This document shows positions 11,525-23,516 of a stretch of 64,000 nucleotides of DNA, piece after piece. The translations under genes were made by a program, and so were the position numbers. The notes beneath the pieces are model-generated. The model had not been told where the DNA came from, did not search any database, and worked only from the letters and a program-made list of their open reading frames with translations. Source of the stretch: Anaeramoeba ignava BMAN. Taxonomy: Eukaryota > Protista > Anaeramoebae. The stretch covers positions 434,001 through 498,000 of the forward strand of contig JAPDFW010000125.1 in NCBI GenBank assembly GCA_028826165.1. The letters are read 5' to 3'. Positions within the stretch are counted from its first letter, which is position 1, and each line of letters starts with the position of its first letter.

Positions 11525-13162
11525 ATGGCACAATCTGAAGTAAAATGTGTTGTTGTTGGAGATGGAGCTGTTGGAAAAACTTGTGGTTTAATGAGTTATG
11601 CCAAAAATGAATTTCCAAAAAATTATATTCCAACAGTTTTTGAAAATTACACTTGTGAAGTACCAGTAAATGGGAAACAAATTCATTTAACTTTATGGGA
11701 TACAGGTTTGAATTAAAATTTAATTTTTTATTTTAATTTTTTAATTTAATTTTTTAATTTAATTTTTTTATTTAATTTTTTAATTTAATTTTTTAATTTA
11801 ATTTTTAATTTAATTAGCTGGACAGGAAGATTTTGATAGACTTCGTTTGCTTTCTTATCCAGGAACTGATGTTTTTCTTTTGATGTATTCAACAATTTCT
11901 CCAACTTCTCTTGAAAATATTAAAACAAAGGTTTGTTTGTGTTATTTTTTGTTGTTTTTGTTTTGCTTTTTTTTTTATTATTTAATTTTTTTGTTAAATT
12001 TTTTTTTCTTTCGAGTTTTTCTTTTTTTTTTAAAAAAAAGAGTCAAAATTCATTAATAATAATAAATTCAATAATAATTAATTACAAATAAATCTTATTC
12101 GAATAATTAATTACAAATAAATCTTATTCGAATAATTAAGAACTTCAATAATAAATTTAATAATAAATATAATAATAAATTTAATAAGAACTCCAATAAT
12201 AAATTTAATAATAAATATAATAATAAATTTTAATAATAAATTTAATAATAATTTTAATAATAAATTTAATAATAAATTTAATAATAATTTTAATAATAAT
12301 TTAATAATAAATTTTATAATAAATTTAATAATTTTAATAATAATTTAATAATAATTTTAATAATAAATTTAATAATAAATTTAATAATAAATTTAATAAT
12401 AAATTTAATAATACAATTTTAATAATAAATTTAATAATAATTTTAATAATAATTTTAATAATAAATTTAATAATAAATTTAATAATAAATTTAATAATAA
12501 ATTTAATAATAATTTTAATAATAAATTTTTAATAATAACTTTAATAATAATATTAATAATAAATTTAACAATAATATTAATAATAATTTTATTAATAATT
12601 TTAATAATTTTAATAATAATTTAAATAATAAATTTTAATAAGAACTTTAATAATAAATTTAATAAGAACTTTAATAATAATTTTAATAATAATTTTAATA
12701 ATAATTTTAATAATAATTTTAATAATAATTTTAATAATAATTTTAATAATAAATTTAATAATAATTTTAATAATAAATTTAAATAATAATTTTAATAATA
12801 AATTTAATAATAATTTTAATAATAAATTTAATAATAATTTTAATAATAATTTTAATAATAATTTTAATAATAATTTCAATATATAGTGGCTTCCAGAAGT
12901 CAGAGAACATTGCCCAACAACTCCAATTATTCTTGTAGGAACAAAATTAGATTTAAAAACAGATCCAACTTATATTAGTAAAAATGCAGTAAAAGTTGTT
13001 TCAACAGATGAAGCAAAAGCAATTGCAAATGAAATCAAAGCAGTAGATTTTATTGAAATGTCAGCTTTAACACAACAAAATCTGAAACAAACATTTGATT
13101 TAGCAATAACAACTGTTTTAGCACCTAAAACAAAATCAGAGGGATGTTGTATTTTGATTTAA
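11525..13162 (+). CDS. Rac/Rho-family small GTPase; exons 11525-11705, 11818-11930, 12887-13162
   Basis: [39 protein letters not shown]-terminal CAAX (CCILI). Confidence 0.95.
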
Positions 13163-13718
13163 ATTGATTTGAATTGATTTGAATCAATTTCTTTTGAACT
13201 CTAATGAATTCTTCTTTATTCATTTCTTTTCTGACTTTTACTTTTACTTTTACTTTTACTTTTACTTTCTTTTTTTTTTTTAATTTTTAAAATTTTGAAG
13301 AACAACCCTTTTTTTTTTCTTTTTTTTTTTTCAATTTTTTTTTGAAATGAAACAACAACAAATAATAAATTTGGTTGTTTGAAGTTAATTCCCTTTTTAT
13401 TTTATTTTTAATTTTGATTTTTAATTTTGATTTAATTTTGATGATTTGATCTTTTTTTATTGATCTAAATTGTCTGATTTTTAAATAATATTTTTAATAA
13501 TAAAAATAAATAAATGGTAAAAGGAATGATTTGTTTTTTTTTTTTAATTTTAGATTTTAATTTTAAAAAAAAAGAAAGAAAGAAAAAACACGTAATCAAT
13601 GTGTTATTTTTTTAAATTAAAAAGATTTTACAACAAATAAAAACAAAAAATTTTTTTTTCATTTTTTTTTTCATTTTTTTTTTCATTTTTTTTTTATTTT
13701 GATTTTTTCCACAATAAA

Positions 13719-15898
13719 ATGTTTAAACGATTCAAAAGTAAACCAAAAAAAATTCAATTTTCTCAAATAGAAATTCCTTCAATTATTCTTATAACGACAA
13801 ATTTTATTAAAACAAATGGTAAAAAAAAATAAAAAAAATAAAAAAATAAAATTTTTTTCTAATTTATTGAAATTTAATGAAATTTATTAATTAAAAGCTC
13901 TTGATATTGAATATATTTTTCGAATTCCTGGAAGAATTTCTGATGTTGAAGAACTTAAAAATAAGTTGCTAAATTCTGATTCAAATTTAAACCTTTCAGA
14001 ATACAGTATCCATGTAGTTGGTTCTGTTTTAAAAGATTTTTTGAGATGTGAAGACCCATTAATACCTTTTAAACTTTATAAACCTTTTCTTCGATTACAA
14101 AGTAAATTTGCTTCTCCGAAAAAAAATGGAAAATTAAATCTAAATTTATAATTAAATTTATAATTAAATTTATAATTAAATTTATAATTAAAATTATAAT
14201 TAAATTTATAATTAAATTTATATCTAAATTTATAATTAAAATTATAATTAAATTTATAATTAAATTTATTAAATTTATAAAATTAAATTTAAATTTATAA
14301 TTAAATTTATAATTAAATTTATAATTAAAATTTATAATTAAATTTATAATTAAATTTATAATTAAAATTATAATTAAATTTATAATTAAATTTATAATTA
14401 AATTTATAATTAAATTTATAATTAAATTTATAATTAAAATTTAAATTTATAATTAAATTTATATCAAAATTTATAATTAAATTTATATCAAAAATTTTAT
14501 CAAAAATTTATAATTAAATTTATATCTAAAAAATTAAATTTATATCTAAAATTATATCTAAATTTATAATTAAATTTATAATTAAATTTTATAATTAAAT
14601 TTATAATATTTATAATTAAATTTATAATTAAATTTATAATTAAATAAATTTATAATTAAATTTATAATTAAATTTATATCTAAATTTATATCAAAATTAT
14701 ATCAAAAATTTATCTAAATTTATATCAAAATTTATATCAAAATTTTATAATTAAAATTTATATCAAAATTTATAATTAAATTTATATCAAAATTTATAAT
14801 TAAATTTATATCAAAATTTATATTAAATTTATATCAAAATTAAATTATATTATAAATTAAAAATTTATAATTAAAATTTATAAAAATTTAAATTTTTATA
14901 ATCAAATTTATAATTATAATTTAATTAAATTTATAATTAAATTCAAATTTATAATTAAATTTATTAAATTTATATCAAAATTTATATCTAAAAATTTATA
15001 TCTAAAATTATATCAAAATTTATAATTAAATTTATATCAAAATCTAAAATTATATCAAAATTTATAATTAAATTTATAACTAAATTTATAATTAAAATTA
15101 TATCAAAATTTATAATTAAATTTATAATTAAATTTATATCAAAATTTATATCAAAATTTATAATTAAATTTATATCAAAATTTATATCAAAATTTATATC
15201 AAAATTTATATCAAAATTTATATCAAAATTTATATCAAAATTTATATCAAAATTTATATCAAAATTTATATCAAAATTTATATCAAAATTTTATATTTAT
15301 ATCAAAAATTTCAAAAATATATCAAAATTTATATCAAAATTTATATCCAAATTTATATTATATCGAAATTTATAATTAAATAGCAAAAAATGAACAAAAA
15401 GACCAAAAAATTGCAAAATTATTACTTTTACTTCCTGAAAGAAATCAAGTTATTCTTCAATATTTAATGCAATTTCTTTGGGAAATAGCATCACATTCAA
15501 AAGAAAACAAAATGGATGCATCAAATTTATCAATTGTATTTGGACCCAATATTATTCGAAAGAAAAAAACAAATCCAAAAAAAGAAATGAAAGATTTCGA
15601 CAAAATCAAAAATTTAACAACATTTTTAATTGAGAATGAAAAAAAAATATTTGAGAATGTGGAACAATTTAGAGGAAAAAAAGGTTGTTTACTTCCAAAT
15701 GATGGCTCAATTTATTCAACAAGCGATCCATCAAAATTAACACATTCTTTTCCAAAAACTGTTTGTTCTTTACCTACACATTTTGAAAAAAATAACGCAA
15801 TTAATTTAGATTTCGATTTGGATTTAGATTTACCTAAAAAACAAGCAATTTCAATTGTAACAGGTTTTCATGAACCAATTCAAGTTCAGAATAATTGA
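13719..15898 (+). CDS. RhoGAP-domain protein; exons 13719-13818, 13898-14101, 15384-15898
   Basis: IFRIPG (arginine finger), [36 protein letters not shown]; both introns are phase 1 and in frame. Confidence 0.92.
14102..15383 (+). repeat. 1.28 kb RhoGAP intron made of 12-mers TTTATAATTAAA / TTTATATCAAAA
   Basis: GT...TAG boundaries; tandem 12-mers. Confidence 0.9.
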
Positions 15899-16155
15899 TT
15901 AATTAATTGAATATTTTGCATTTTTTTTTTTTGAAAATTCTTTTCATATTTTGTTTTTGTTTTTGTTTTTGTTTGAAAAGTGAAAATACTTACTTACTTT
16001 TTTCTTTTTTGAACAGTAAGTAACTTTATTTTTTTTACTTCTGATTCTTTTTAAAAAAAAATTTTGAACAGAAAAAATAATTTAATCAAATAAAAAATTC
16101 AAAAAAATTTTTCATTTTTTCTCATTTTTATTAAATTTTAAATATTAAATTTTAA

Positions 16156-17296
16156 ATGGAACTTGAAAATATTTTAGAAGATTCTTTTCAAGATATTCAA
16201 TTTACAAATGAAAATAATAAAATTATAGGAAAAAGAAATCTTAGACTTATTTTACCAATAACACTTTTAATTGGACTTTTTACAATAGTTCTTTGTTATT
16301 CATTAACAATGACAAGAAAAGATATTGGAGATGATAGAATTCCTGTTATAAGTGAAACATCAGTTTATCAACCAGAAAATTTTTTTGTAAATTTCTAATT
16401 AAAATTTATAGTTAAAATTTATAATTAAAAATTTATTTATAAATTAAATTTATAATATTCAGTTCAGTCTTGGAATGTTTATTGTAGCAATTTTATTTAT
16501 GGTTATGGCAATGGGATTATATTCATATATTAAATTAAAAATACACAAAAGATTTGGAGAAAAAAAAGATTTTCTTTCACCAATTGAAATCCCAAATTTA
16601 TGTACATGTTGTCCTGTAAATATTCACTCAGCAAATACATTTGCATTAATATTAGGATTTATAGCTATGATATGTTTAGTTTTCTTGTCTTCAGTTACAC
16701 TTGCACAATATAGATTCTTTCATTTATCTTCAGCATTTATATTCTTTGTTTCTGCAGGTTTTCATGGATTTTTTTGTGATGCTATTCTTTATAAATTATA
16801 TAGGAAACAATTACAAATTAATTTAAATTATGAATCAAACGAGATTATTATTGAAGAAAATAGTGAAAATCAAGAAAATAGTGAAAATATTGAAGAAAAT
16901 ATTGAAGAAAATAGTGAAAATGAGAATATTGAAGAAAATATTGAAGAAAATCAAAAATCAAAATCAAAATCAAAATCAAAATCAAAAATTCAAAATCAAA
17001 ATAATATTCAAAATCAAAATCAAAATAATATTCAAAAAGATTTAAAGAGAGAAAAATCCTGGTTTATCTACCGTTTTATTTTGGATATCTCCGAAATTTT
17101 ATGCTTCACAGTTTTATCATCTGTTTTAAGTATAGTTCTTCGATCTAAAGGTTACTCACTTGACCCAAATTCAAATTCTTTTAGAAATATGGGAGCAATT
17201 GTTCAATATTCTGTTTTAATTTCACTTCTTCTTCATACTTTGGGTTATGTTCATGAATTATCTCGAATGAAAATAATTTTTTTCTCTTCAATTTAA
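16156..17296 (+). CDS. Frag1/DRAM/Sfk1-family multi-pass membrane protein; exons 16156-16386, 16463-17296
   Basis: IPVISET..QPENFFFSLG motif after TM1, FHLSSAFIFF, about 6 TM segments; short phase-0 intron. Confidence 0.75.
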
Positions 17297-17389
17297 TTGA
17301 TGAAAAAATTTTATTTTAAATTTCATTTTTTTTTTTTTCATTTTTTTTTTCTTTGATAATTGAATAAAAAAAGTTTAAAAGAAAATAAT

Positions 17390-17980
17390 ATGGATAAACA
17401 AGATTTCACTTCAAATTTAAAACAAATTGTGTTTAAAGTGTTAGAAAATATAAAAACATTTATATTTAGTATTGATTGGAAACAAGTAATAAAGAAAATT
17501 GCAAAAAAGAAAAAAAAATTTTTTTCATTTCAATTAAATTTTTCAATTCAAATTTCCTTTATATTTTTCAATTAGATTTTACAAACAATTCTCAAATCAA
17601 ATCCTCTTCATCAAATCCATGTTTTGCTTTGTCTTCTTCTTTTCATTTCAATTATTTTTGGATCTTGGTTTAATTCATCATTGATTCTAATTGGAAGTTC
17701 TTTATTTTTATTTTATTTTGAAGTTGTTGATGGTTATGATCCAAAAAAACTGAAAGAAATGCAAAAAAAATATCACTTTTTAAAATACGTTGTTGTTGGT
17801 TTTTCTTTTTGGCCCGTTTTCATTTTTGATCATGAAGGCAAATATTTTTGGAGAGCTTTTAAAAATTCAACCATTTCTTCTGTTCTTTTGTATTCTCTTG
17901 CTTGGAGAGTTTATGCAATTTATCAGAATTCTTTTGATGAAATTTGGAATCGTGCCAAAAAATCAATCAAAAGAAAATAA
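17390..17980 (+). CDS. Small multi-TM protein of unknown function; exons 17390-17485, 17576-17980
   Basis: Phase-0 GT-AG intron joins ORFs 17360 and 17624 in frame. Confidence 0.6.
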
Positions 17981-18042
17981 AAAAAAAAAGAAACAAAATC
18001 AATTCCAAAAAATTGAATTTTATTTTCATTTTTTTTTTTAAA

Positions 18043-21000
18043 ATGGATATTTTCCAAATTATTCAAGAAAATAATATCGAAAAATTAAGAGAAATTGAAT
18101 TAAAAACAAAAGATGAAAAACCCATTTTACATTTTGCAATCGAAAAAAAAGTTTCCAAAGAAATGATCCAATTACTAATTTCAAAAGGAATAGATGTTGA
18201 TTTAATTGATAACAAGGAAAGAAATTCATTACACATCGCAATCATGAACAATTCAGAAATTGAAATTATTAAATTATTAATTTCCAAAGGAGTCGATCTT
18301 AGCGCAAAAGATACAATGCAAAAATCAATTCTTCATTATTCACTTATTTATTTAAAAAACAAAAATATTTCATTTGAAATTGTTAAATTATTGATTGAAA
18401 AGGGAATTGATATTAATGAAAAAGCAAATGGTAATCAAACAGCTTTGCATTTTGCTTGTCAAAATAATAATATTTCATTAGAAATTGTTAAATTTTTGAT
18501 TGAAAAGGGAATTGATGTTAATGAAAAAGCATATGGTAATCAAACAGCTTTGCATTTTGCTTGTCAAAATAATAATATTTCATTAGAAATTGTTAAATTT
18601 TTGATCGAGAAGGGAATTAATATTAATGAGAAAACAAATGGAGATGAAACAGCTTTGCATTTTGCTTGCCAAAATAAAAATGTTTCATTTGAAATTGTTA
18701 AACTATTGATTGAAAAAGGAATTGATATTAATGTTAAAGAAAATACAAGAAGAACAGCTTTACATATTATTTGCCAAAACAAAAATGTTTCATTTGAAAT
18801 TGTTAAACTATTGATTGAGAAAGGAATTGATATTAATGCCAAAGAGTTTTATAACAAAACAGCTTTACATATTATTTGCCAAAACAAAAATGTTTCATTT
18901 GAAATTGTTAAACTATTGATTGAGAAAGGAATTGATATTAATACCAAAGAATCTGATAGCGAAACAACTTTACATACTATTTGCCAAAACAAAAATATTT
19001 CATTAGAAATTGTTAAATTATTGATTGAGAAAGGAATTGATATTAATGCCAAAGAGTTTTATAACAAAACAGCTTTACATACTATTTGCCAAAATAAAAA
19101 TGCTTCATTAGAAATTGTTAAATATTTGATTGAGAAAGGAATTGATGTTAATGTACAATCTTCTTATGGTGGAACAGCTTTATATTATGCTTGTTTAAAT
19201 AGAAATATTCCAATAGAAATTATTAAATATTTGATTGAAAAAGGAATAAACATCAATACACAAACACCTTATCGGAAGAAAACACCTTTGCATATTGCTC
19301 TTGTAAATAACGATATAAAGAAATTCGTTAATTATATAATAGAAAAAGGGTTTGATATGAACAGCAAATCACAACCAAAAATAATAGATTCTCATCTAAA
19401 TTTCCAAAAAAGATCATTTCAAATAGTTAAATTTTTGGTTGAAAAAGGAATTGATATAAATGCAAGAGCAGAAAAAAATGAGACAGCTCTCCATATTGCT
19501 TGCACAAATCATTCATCATTTGAAACTATCCAATATCTAATAGAAAAAGGTATTGATATTCATGCAAAAACAACTGATAACAGAACAGCTTTACATTTTG
19601 CTTTTGAGAATCACTTACCTGTTCAAGTTATCGAATTAATAGTGGAAAAAGGATTTGATATTAATGATACTCAGTCTCAAAATAAAACAGCTTTGTATTA
19701 TGCTTGCCAAAATGAAAAGTATCTTGAAATAATAAAGCTTTTGATTGCAAAAGGAATGGATATTAACACCAAAATAATTAGTGATATAACAGCTTTGCAT
19801 ATTGCTTGCCAGTACAATTCATCACTTGAAATTATCCAATATCTAATAGAAAAAGGTATTGATATTCATGCAAAAACAAATGATAATATAACAGCTTTGC
19901 ATTTTGCTTGCCAAAATACTTCGCTTGAAATTATCAAATATTTAGTTGAAAAGGGAATTGATATTAATGCAAAAACAAATGATAATATAACAACTTTGCA
20001 TTTTGCTTGCCAAAATACTTCGCTTGAAATTATCAAATATTTAGTTGAAAACGGAATTGATATTAATGCAAAATCAGTTAATAATATAACAGCTTTACAT
20101 ATTGCTTGCCAAAATAATTCATCACTTGAAATTATCAAGTATTTAGTTGAAAAGGGAATTGATATTCATGCAAAAACAAATGATAATATAACAGCTTTGC
20201 ATTTTGCTTGCCAATACAATTCATTTGAAATTATCAAGTATTTAGTTGAAAAAGGAATTGATATTAATGCAAAAGCAAGATTCAGTGAAACAGCTTTGCA
20301 TTTTGCTTGCCAATACAATTCATTTGAAACTATCAAGTATTTAGTTGAAAAAGGAATTGGTATTAATGCAAAATCAAATTTAAGCGAGACAGCCTTATCA
20401 ATATGCATAGAAAAAAAGAAAAACCCAAAAATAATCAAATTTCTATTCAGGAATAACGCAAATATTGCTAATTTAGACGAAGAAGACCAATTTTCAAAAC
20501 AATTTTTTGAGTTTATCCCACAAATTTATTCATTCAATGATGACATACATACATTATTAAAATCAAATGATAATTTTTCAGATTTTCAAGTATATTCAAA
20601 TGATTCAGTCAAATTCCAACTTCATAAACTAATTTTATTAGCAAGACTGGATAATAATCAGTTAATTCTAGAAAAATTCACTAATATCTGCAAGCAAAAA
20701 TCAAAAGAAGATGTCCAAATGGTTCTTAATTTCCTATATACTGGATTCCCTCATTTTGATCGTGTGATTCAAAAATCTCATGATTCTGTTTCTTATTTTG
20801 AGCAGAAAAAGAATATCCCAAAAGATTACCGAGGTCAAAAAATCCCTTACGAACAAATACCAGTTAAGATAGAAGAATTGAAAACATTAAGGAAGTATGA
20901 AAAAGAAAAAGAAGATGAAATTGAAATTCACCAACAAAAAAAGATTGAAGAATTTTTCAAAGAAATTAATTTAGATTCAAAATGGGTCGAATCAAAAAAA

Positions 21001-21369
21001 GGAAGAAAAGGATTATTGGAAGATTTTCACCAATTATATAAACAAGACTCAACAAAAGATTTCACCATAATTTGTGAAAAAGATAAAGAAATCAAAGTTC
21101 ATAAACTGATATTGATAATCAGAAGTGATTTATATCGAGGAATGTTTCTAAATGTTCAAGACTCATCGGATCAAGTTCATGATTATACTGGAAAATCATT
21201 TGAAACATTAGATCAATTAATTTATTTTTTTTATCATGATGAATTTGATAAAACAAAACAAATTAAAAAAGAGGAATATGAGGATTTAAAAGAGTATTTT
21301 CAATTAAATCAAAACTCAATGATTGATTTTCTTTTGGAAGATTTGGATTTCTTTTCCAATTTGAAATGA
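18043..21369 (+). CDS. Ankyrin-repeat protein (about 20 repeats) with C-terminal tandem BTB/POZ domains; intronless
   Basis: Repeated TALHFAC...EIVKxLIEKGIDIN; SDF..HKLILLAR and KDFTI..VHKLILIIRSDLYRGMF BTB signatures. Probable start is ATG 18043 (MDIFQ). Confidence 0.92.
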   Translation: MDIFQIIQENNIEKLREIELKTKDEKPILHFAIEKKVSKEMIQLLISKGIDVDLIDNKERNSLHIAIMNNSEIEIIKLLISKGVDLSAKDTMQKSILHYSLIYLKNKNISFEIVKLLIEKGIDINEKANGNQTALHFACQNNNISLEIVKFLIEKGIDVNEKAYGNQTALHFACQNNNISLEIVKFLIEKGININEKTNGDETALHFACQNKNVSFEIVKLLIEKGIDINVKENTRRTALHIICQNKNVSFEIVKLLIEKGIDINAKEFYNKTALHIICQNKNVSFEIVKLLIEKGIDINTKESDSETTLHTICQNKNISLEIVKLLIEKGIDINAKEFYNKTALHTICQNKNASLEIVKYLIEKGIDVNVQSSYGGTALYYACLNRNIPIEIIKYLIEKGININTQTPYRKKTPLHIALVNNDIKKFVNYIIEKGFDMNSKSQPKIIDSHLNFQKRSFQIVKFLVEKGIDINARAEKNETALHIACTNHSSFETIQYLIEKGIDIHAKTTDNRTALHFAFENHLPVQVIELIVEKGFDINDTQSQNKTALYYACQNEKYLEIIKLLIAKGMDINTKIISDITALHIACQYNSSLEIIQYLIEKGIDIHAKTNDNITALHFACQNTSLEIIKYLVEKGIDINAKTNDNITTLHFACQNTSLEIIKYLVENGIDINAKSVNNITALHIACQNNSSLEIIKYLVEKGIDIHAKTNDNITALHFACQYNSFEIIKYLVEKGIDINAKARFSETALHFACQYNSFETIKYLVEKGIGINAKSNLSETALSICIEKKKNPKIIKFLFRNNANIANLDEEDQFSKQFFEFIPQIYSFNDDIHTLLKSNDNFSDFQVYSNDSVKFQLHKLILLARLDNNQLILEKFTNICKQKSKEDVQMVLNFLYTGFPHFDRVIQKSHDSVSYFEQKKNIPKDYRGQKIPYEQIPVKIEELKTLRKYEKEKEDEIEIHQQKKIEEFFKEINLDSKWVESKKGRKGLLEDFHQLYKQDSTKDFTIICEKDKEIKVHKLILIIRSDLYRGMFLNVQDSSDQVHDYTGKSFETLDQLIYFFYHDEFDKTKQIKKEEYEDLKEYFQLNQNSMIDFLLEDLDFFSNLK

Positions 21370-21417
21370 TTCAAATCTAATTCAAAAAAAAAAATAAAAA
21401 TTAAAAAAAAATTTATT

Positions 21418-23208
21418 TTAATTTTGATTATTAAATTTGCTAATTAATAAATCGAATAAATTTGGATTTGTTTCATTTAATTGAAAATAATCAATTCCAA
21501 TTTTAATTTCATTAATAATTTCTTGTGTAATTTGAATTTCTTCTTTAATTTGATTTGAATAAATCCAATATTCTAATAATTGAAATGATTTATTACTTAA
21601 TTCACTATAATCTGTAACTTTATTAGAAGTATCTTCAGTTACAGATAAAAACATTCCTCGATATAATTCACTTCTCATTATTAATATTAATTTTGGAAAT
21701 TTATATTGTTTTTCTTTTCTTTCAATTATAAAATCTTTTTCATTTTCATTTTCATTTTCATTTAAATAAATTCTTTTCATTGTTTCTTCAATTTTTTCAT
21801 TTGAATTTATAATTTCTTTAATTTCAGAATATAATTTTGGATTTATTATTCTGTTTGAATAAATCATTTCAAATATTTGATTTGATTCTTTAATTGATTT
21901 TTTTGAAATAATTTCTTGAAGTTTTTCAATTTGATTTTCATTTTGATTTTGATTTAATCTATATTTCAATATTAATTTATGAGCTTCAATTATTTCTCCA
22001 TTTTTGGTTTTAAATGAAATATCACAAAATTCTTTTCTTCTAAATAGTTTTATCAAATCTTCTTCAAGATTGGAAAAAGAAGGAGAAGAATAATAAAGAA
22101 ACGAATTGGAATTTCCACAAGAAATATGATAATTAGAAATATTTTCATTAAATATTAATTTAGGAAGTTCAATTTGAATTGGAATTAATTGATTCTTTGT
22201 ATCTCCAGTTCCTAATTGACCATTAAAATTACTTCCAAATACTATTAATTTCCCTTTAGAAGTTAAAATCAAATTATGATTATGACCAACAGAAAAATCA
22301 AGAATATTATCATCATTTTCAAATAAAGATGGTTTGATTTCAGTAAATTTTTTAATATCTTCATTTTGGCCAAATCCATTATATCTAGAATCTCCAGTTG
22401 AATAAAGTTTTCTTTTTGGATTTTCATTTTCATTTTCATTTTCAATCAACATTATTGAATGATTAAATCCACCTTGAATATCAATTATTTTGCCTTTTGG
22501 AATATTTCGGAATTTGGTTACTTTATCTACTTTCGATTCTTCTTTTGTTTTTCCTAGTCCAAGTTGACCATGATAATTATATCCGCATCCAAATAATTCT
22601 TGATTTGAATTTAAAAGAAAAACACAATCTGAAGAATTTCCTGAAAATATTTTAGAAACATTTTTCATCATTAAAATTGGTTTTTCTGTTTTTGGAAGTG
22701 TTTCAGAATCAAAACCAAGTTGGCCATAATAATTAGAACCAATTCCATAAACATTTTGATTTGAAGTTAATAAGTAAATTGAATTGTATCCAGAAACAAT
22801 ATCTTCAATTATTCTATCATTTGTATCTTCAATTAATGATGAAATATTGATAAACTCTTTTGAATTATTTGGATTAATATTTCTTCCTTTGGCAAATACA
22901 TTTCCTTCTATTGTTAAAATAGCTTCATTCCCAGTTCCGACAGTTACTTTTTGAATATTTTCAATTTGAATTTTTGAAGGATTTGGATTTGAATTATTTT
23001 CATTTAAATATTCTATTGCTTTTCCATTTTTAAAAAGGAAAATTGTTGATAATCTTCCTGATGAAATTTGTTTAATTTGTTTTTCATTTTCATTTTCATT
23101 TTCATTTTCATTTTCAAATTTAAATTGAATTGGTTTTATTATTTTTTCTGTTTCATTTTTTATAAGTTTTGGATTTTGATTTTCACCAAAAAATAAACAA
23201 TCATTCAT
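21418..23208 (-). CDS. RCC1-repeat beta-propeller plus tandem BTB protein (paralogue A)
   Basis: GSNYYGQLG, GYNYHGQLGLG and GSNFNGQLGTG RCC1 blades; CDISF..AHKLILKYR and KLILIMRSELYRGMF BTB motifs. Confidence 0.92.
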   Translation of the reverse strand: MNDCLFFGENQNPKLIKNETEKIIKPIQFKFENENENENENEKQIKQISSGRLSTIFLFKNGKAIEYLNENNSNPNPSKIQIENIQKVTVGTGNEAILTIEGNVFAKGRNINPNNSKEFINISSLIEDTNDRIIEDIVSGYNSIYLLTSNQNVYGIGSNYYGQLGFDSETLPKTEKPILMMKNVSKIFSGNSSDCVFLLNSNQELFGCGYNYHGQLGLGKTKEESKVDKVTKFRNIPKGKIIDIQGGFNHSIMLIENENENENPKRKLYSTGDSRYNGFGQNEDIKKFTEIKPSLFENDDNILDFSVGHNHNLILTSKGKLIVFGSNFNGQLGTGDTKNQLIPIQIELPKLIFNENISNYHISCGNSNSFLYYSSPSFSNLEEDLIKLFRRKEFCDISFKTKNGEIIEAHKLILKYRLNQNQNENQIEKLQEIISKKSIKESNQIFEMIYSNRIINPKLYSEIKEIINSNEKIEETMKRIYLNENENENEKDFIIERKEKQYKFPKLILIMRSELYRGMFLSVTEDTSNKVTDYSELSNKSFQLLEYWIYSNQIKEEIQITQEIINEIKIGIDYFQLNETNPNLFDLLISKFNNQN

Positions 23209-23239
23209 TTTTGAAAAGAAAAAAATGAAAAATGATTTT

Positions 23240-23516
23240 TTGGATTTTTATTTTTGATTTTAATTTTAATTTTAATTTTGATTTTAATTTAATTTTGATT
23301 TTAATTTTAATTTTGATTATTATTTTAATTTTAATTTTAATTTTAATTTTAATTTTAATTTTAATTTTAATTTTAATTTTAATTTTAATTTTAATTTTAA
23401 TTTTAATTTTAATTTTAATTTTAATTTTAATTTTGATTTTAATTTTGATTTTAATTTTAATTTTAATTTTAATTTTAATTTTGATTTTAATTTTAATTTT
23501 AATTTTAATTTTAATT
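23240..23516. repeat. (TTTTAA)n spacer between the RCC1-BTB paralogues
   Basis: Read directly. Confidence 0.9.

Noticed and set aside
17944-18042. N-terminal extension of the ankyrin-BTB ORF
   Set aside because: Non-ATG start overlapping the upstream gene and poly-A/T intergenic sequence; ATG 18043 is more plausible.
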